Positions 60,086 to 64,000 of a stretch of DNA of 64,000 bases are shown piece after piece. This stretch comes from an uncultured Methanosarcinaceae archaeon. Its GTDB lineage: Archaea; Halobacteriota; Methanosarcinia; Methanosarcinales; Methanosarcinaceae. A program made the position numbers and the translations under genes. Each line of letters opens with the position of its first letter. Positions within the stretch are counted from its first letter, which is position 1. The stretch lies in NCBI GenBank assembly GCA_963733675.1, contig CAVTET010000001.1:512001-576000 (forward strand), in the 5' to 3' direction. The notes below the pieces were generated by a model that saw nothing but the letters and a program-made list of their open reading frames with translations, ran no database searches and was not told where the DNA came from.

Positions 60086-61453
60086 TTGTCGAAAGTTGTA
60101 GAGATCTCTCCAACCACGAGACATGAAGGCCACTCCAAGCTCACCCTGAAGGTGAATGATCAGGGTATAGTCGAGCGGGGAGACTGGCTTTCCATTACCC
60201 CGGTCAGGGGTATTGAGAAGCTCGCCATAGGTAAGACGATGGACCAGGTCCCAAAGATTGCCTCTCGGGTATGCGGTATCTGTCCCGTCGCCCATTGCCT
60301 GGCGAGCATCGAGGCCATGGAGGCCTCTGTCGGCTGCGAGATCCCCACGGACGCAAAGCTCTTGCGTGTCATTCTCCATGCTGCTAATCGCTCCCACAGC
60401 ATCGCCCTGCACAACATCCTAATCCTCCCGGACTTTTACATCCCGGGGACGGAGACGAAGATCAACCCGTTCACCAAGGAGCAGCTTTTCAGGAGCGTTA
60501 CGTCAAGGATCATCCACATCCGCGAGATCGGGCAGACCATTGGAGCCATCGCAGGCGGCGAGGCGATCCACCCCTCCAACCCGAGGGTCGGTGGTATGTA
60601 CCGCAACGTAAGCCCCCGGGCAAAGCAGAAGATGGCCGACCTAGCGAAGGAAGGTCTCGTACTTGCCCACGAGCAGATGGAGTTCATGCTCGAGGTCATC
60701 AGGAACATGCAGAACCGGGAGTTCACTGACGTCGCGGGCAAGAAGATCCCGATTCCCAAGAAGCTCGGATACCATGACCAGGGGGTCATGGCCACATCAC
60801 CGATGTATGGCTCATCCAGTCTGGACGAGAAGCCCATGTGGGACTTTGCCAGGTGGAAGGAGACCCGGCCATGGGACTGGTACATGGGTGAGGTAACCAT
60901 CGATCTTGAGGACCCAAGCTACCCAATCGGCGGCACCACGAAAGCCGGCACCAAGGCCAACCCCCAGATGGAAGCCTGCAACGGTGTTCCAACCTACGAC
61001 GGCCAGCCGGTTGAGGTCGGCCCGAGGGCAAGGCTCGCCACCTTCAAGAACTTCACCGATAGAGGTACCTTCGCCCAGCACATCGCCAGGCAGCTGGAGT
61101 ACCCAGACTGCTTCTACACCATCCTCAAGTGCCTTGACAACCTAGATACCTCGGGCAAGGTCCTCGCTGACCCCATCCCCCAGGGGGACGGATCCATGGG
61201 CTGGGCCGCGAACGAGGCCCCACGCGGGACCGATGTCCACCTTGCACGGGTGAAGGACGGGCGAGTGTTGTGGTACGAGATGCTTGTGCCCACCACCTGG
61301 AACCTCCCGACCTGCAGCCGCGGTTTGACGGGAGCGCCTTGGCAGATCGCCGAGATGGTCATCCGGGCCTATGACCCGTGCGTCTCGTGCGCAACACACA
61401 TGATCGTGGTGGACGAGAAGAACAAGATAGTCGACCAGAAGCTGATCCAGTGA
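60086..61453 (+). CDS. frhA: F420-reducing [NiFe] hydrogenase large subunit
   Basis: TRHEGH, RVCGICP (L1) and DPCVSCATH (L2) with a C-terminal extension; TTG start after GAGG. Confidence 0.96.
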   Translation: MSKVVEISPTTRHEGHSKLTLKVNDQGIVERGDWLSITPVRGIEKLAIGKTMDQVPKIASRVCGICPVAHCLASIEAMEASVGCEIPTDAKLLRVILHAANRSHSIALHNILILPDFYIPGTETKINPFTKEQLFRSVTSRIIHIREIGQTIGAIAGGEAIHPSNPRVGGMYRNVSPRAKQKMADLAKEGLVLAHEQMEFMLEVIRNMQNREFTDVAGKKIPIPKKLGYHDQGVMATSPMYGSSSLDEKPMWDFARWKETRPWDWYMGEVTIDLEDPSYPIGGTTKAGTKANPQMEACNGVPTYDGQPVEVGPRARLATFKNFTDRGTFAQHIARQLEYPDCFYTILKCLDNLDTSGKVLADPIPQGDGSMGWAANEAPRGTDVHLARVKDGRVLWYEMLVPTTWNLPTCSRGLTGAPWQIAEMVIRAYDPCVSCATHMIVVDEKNKIVDQKLIQ

Positions 61454-61458
61454 AGGGA

Positions 61459-61938
61459 ATGGAAACGCTGTACTCCGATGTCGTGGTGGCAGGCTGTGGC
61501 AACCCGCTCTATGCGGACGATGGTTTCGGACCTGCCGTAGTGGAGAGTCTCAAGGGCCTCGAGCTCCCCGAAAACGTCACGGTAGTTGACGCGGGGCTCG
61601 GAGGCCCCCATTTCGTCTTTACCCTCCTCAATCCAGAGTCCACTAAGACTCTTATCATTGTGGACATCGCAGACTTCGGGGGGGAACCCGGCGAGCTCAG
61701 GTGGCTCACCGTTGACGAGCTTCCCGTGGGGAGCTACCGGGACGCCCACTCCTGGGATCTGACCGAGCCGCTCCAGCGCATCAAGGACGATATTCGGATC
61801 CTGGTTCTTGCATGCCAGAAGAAGTACGTTTCTGCCCCCGAGATGGTCATCGGGATTACAGATGAGGTGCAGAGAGCCATTCCCGAAGCTGTATCCGAGA
61901 TACTGACGGAAATCGGGATAAACTATGGGCTTACTTAA
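61459..61938 (+). CDS. frhD: Hydrogenase maturation endopeptidase
   Basis: GCGNPLYADDGFG, DAGLGG, DAHSW motifs. Confidence 0.93.
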   Translation: METLYSDVVVAGCGNPLYADDGFGPAVVESLKGLELPENVTVVDAGLGGPHFVFTLLNPESTKTLIIVDIADFGGEPGELRWLTVDELPVGSYRDAHSWDLTEPLQRIKDDIRILVLACQKKYVSAPEMVIGITDEVQRAIPEAVSEILTEIGINYGLT

Positions 61939-62024
61939 CTCCATCAAGAAAACCTGGACTTGGAAGCCAAGCCCGCTCAGGTTGCGACGGAGAAGAAGGT
62001 GAAAGCTACAAAGGAGGCGAAACA

Positions 62025-62786
62025 GTGGCAAACAAAATCAAGCTCGGGCATGTACACATGAGCGGCTGTACCGGCTGCCTCGTGTCCATTGCCGACAACT
62101 ACTTGGGACTCATCAAGATCCTGGACGACTATGCCGACCTCGTCTACAGCCTCACACTCGCCGACGTCCGGCATATCCCAGAGATGGACGTGGCGCTCGT
62201 CGAGGGATCGGTCTGCATCCAGGATCATGAATCGGTGGAGGAGATCAAGGAGACGCGGAAGAAGTCCAAGATCGTGGTGGCCCTCGGCTCCTGTGCTAGC
62301 TACGGGAACATTACCCGGTTCTGCCGCGGCGGGCAGCACAACCAACCTCAGCATGAGTCATTCCTCCCCATCGGGAATCTCATCGACGTGGATGTTTACA
62401 TACCAGGATGCCCCCCGAGCCCTGAGCTCATAAGGAACGTCGCTGTCATGACACATCTGCTCCTACAGGGAAACGCGGACCAGAAGGCCCTTGCTGGCAA
62501 GTACTTAAAGCCCCTCATGGCCCTTGCGAAGCGCGGCACAACCGCATGCTTCTGCGATCTGATGAACGACGTGATCAACCAGGGCCTCTGCATAGGTTGC
62601 GGCACCTGCGCTGCATCCTGCCCCGTGCGGGCGATCACCCACGAGTTCGGGAAGCCGCAGGGTCAGCGTGACCTCTGCATCAAGTGCGGCTCCTGTTACG
62701 GCGCCTGCCCGAGATCATTCTTCAACTTCGACGTGATTCCTGAATTCGAGGCTATCAGCGAGATAATCGCTGGAGCGCTTAAGTGA
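62025..62786 (+). CDS. frhG: F420-reducing hydrogenase gamma subunit
   Basis: SGCTGC, GSCA, PGCPP and two ferredoxin motifs; GTG start with AAGGAGG RBS. Confidence 0.95.
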   Translation: MANKIKLGHVHMSGCTGCLVSIADNYLGLIKILDDYADLVYSLTLADVRHIPEMDVALVEGSVCIQDHESVEEIKETRKKSKIVVALGSCASYGNITRFCRGGQHNQPQHESFLPIGNLIDVDVYIPGCPPSPELIRNVAVMTHLLLQGNADQKALAGKYLKPLMALAKRGTTACFCDLMNDVINQGLCIGCGTCAASCPVRAITHEFGKPQGQRDLCIKCGSCYGACPRSFFNFDVIPEFEAISEIIAGALK

Positions 62787-62796
62787 GGTGAATTAG

Positions 62797-63672
62797 ATGG
62801 TTGCAGATCCATATCTCGGCAAATACACGACCTGTGTCTCAGCAAGGAGCAAGGACAAGGAGATCCTCCAGCAGGCACAGGACGGTGGCATCGCCACTAC
62901 CCTTATGGTCCATGCCCTCGAGCAGGGGATCATCGACGGGGCCATTGTGGCAGGCTTGGGCGACCGGCCCTGGCAACCCAGGCCGTTCGTAGCGATGAGC
63001 CGCGAGGACATCCTCAAGGCAAGAGGGACGAAGTATAACATCAGCCCCCAGATCTCCTGGCTCAAGGAGGCTACCCGGTCCTTCGGCCTCGACAAGGTCG
63101 GGGTCACCGGCGTCTGCTGCCAGATGCAGGCGGTCAGAAAGGCTCAGCTCTATCCTATAAACATGCGGGATGTCCCGGACAAGATCGCCCTCACAGTAGG
63201 GCTCTTCTGCATGGAGAACTTCCCGTACAAGTCCATGCAGACCATCGTCGAGGACCACGCGGGCCAGAGCCTCAGCTCAGTGAAGAAAATGGAGATCGGG
63301 AAGGGCAAGTATTGGGTCTACACCGAGCGCGGGAATGTCGTCACCCTACCGCTCAAGGTGACCCACAAGTACGAGCAACCCGGTTGCCACGTATGCCTCG
63401 ATTATGTCTCCAACCTCGGCGACATCTCGACCGGCTCGGTCGGGAGCCCCGATGGCTGGTCCACGGTCTTCGTCCGCACTAAGGTGGGGAACGACGTCTG
63501 GTCCAAGGCAGTCGCCGCGGGCATGTTCGAGACGAAGCCCATCGAGGATGTCAAGCCTGGCCTCGAGCTCGTCACGAAGCTTGCAAAGGAGAAAATCGAC
63601 AAGAACCTGAAGACGGTCGAGGAGCGCAGGACCTTCGGTGTCAACAAGGCGCTGCGGGACCCCTACGCCTAA
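62797..63672 (+). CDS. frhB: F420-reducing hydrogenase beta (F420-binding) subunit
   Basis: QDGGIAT, GVCCQMQA, GLFCMENF, DISTGSVGSPDGWS motifs. Confidence 0.96.
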   Translation: MVADPYLGKYTTCVSARSKDKEILQQAQDGGIATTLMVHALEQGIIDGAIVAGLGDRPWQPRPFVAMSREDILKARGTKYNISPQISWLKEATRSFGLDKVGVTGVCCQMQAVRKAQLYPINMRDVPDKIALTVGLFCMENFPYKSMQTIVEDHAGQSLSSVKKMEIGKGKYWVYTERGNVVTLPLKVTHKYEQPGCHVCLDYVSNLGDISTGSVGSPDGWSTVFVRTKVGNDVWSKAVAAGMFETKPIEDVKPGLELVTKLAKEKIDKNLKTVEERRTFGVNKALRDPYA

Positions 63673-64000
63673 AACTCATCTTTTTTTCATCATCGAAATT
63701 ATTCGCGTTATTTACATGAATACGGGGATGTGATAGGTTCTCATCCCTAAATTATGATTCCACTTATGTAACTCGGCTATCGCAACTGAGGGGTGTCAAG
63801 GTGGTGGGGTTGAGTCCTCAAGAGCGTCTATCAATCGAGTTTAAAAGTTGAACAGGGGAGTCCTTCAAAATTCGCATCGTCTTATTGTGGTGCTCTTGCA
63901 ACATACTCTAAAGGAACATTAAACATTTGTGCAGCTGTCTCTTTATGTAGATCCAGATTTGTTTTAGATGTCTATATATACTTTGGATCTTCAGCTAGTT

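Noticed and set aside
63770-63870. GC-richer patch after frhB (CTATCGCAACTGAG...) as a possible IS end or ncRNA
   Set aside because: No partner repeat or convincing structure within the window.

Overview
Window from a Methanosarcina-like methanogenic archaeon. 1-12.1 kb is the conserved rpoB''/B'/A'/A''-rpl30e-nusA-rps12-rps7-fusA-tuf-rps10 cluster. The rest mixes intact housekeeping genes (DUF1015, dUTPase, radical SAM, split glutamate synthase with an FrhB-like subunit, ACT + UPF0210, SRP RNA, tRNA-Ser and tRNA-Gly, a PGF-CTERM surface protein, adenylate kinase, cofC/H/G, a phytoene-desaturase-like oxidoreductase with ferredoxin, peroxiredoxin and a GC-rich frhADGB operon) with an unusually high load of decayed DNA. 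The decayed DNA includes IS5, IS110, IS701, IS1634 and IS6 remnants, MITEs, and pseudogenes of an aldolase, histidine kinases, a second cofH, MC1, acetolactate synthase, an amidohydrolase and a viral terminase small-subunit-like gene. Most notable: (1) an otherwise intact ornithine/lysine decarboxylase split by a single in-frame TAG, a pyrrolysine-readthrough candidate; (2) a perfect 161-bp inverted repeat around a 75-bp core upstream of the peroxiredoxin, a possible invertible or self-homogenising element; (3) an IS6 transposase with an in-frame TAG plus a 150-bp MITE sharing its ends; (4) cofG apparently starting at ATT. All family calls come from motif recognition by eye; no database search was run.
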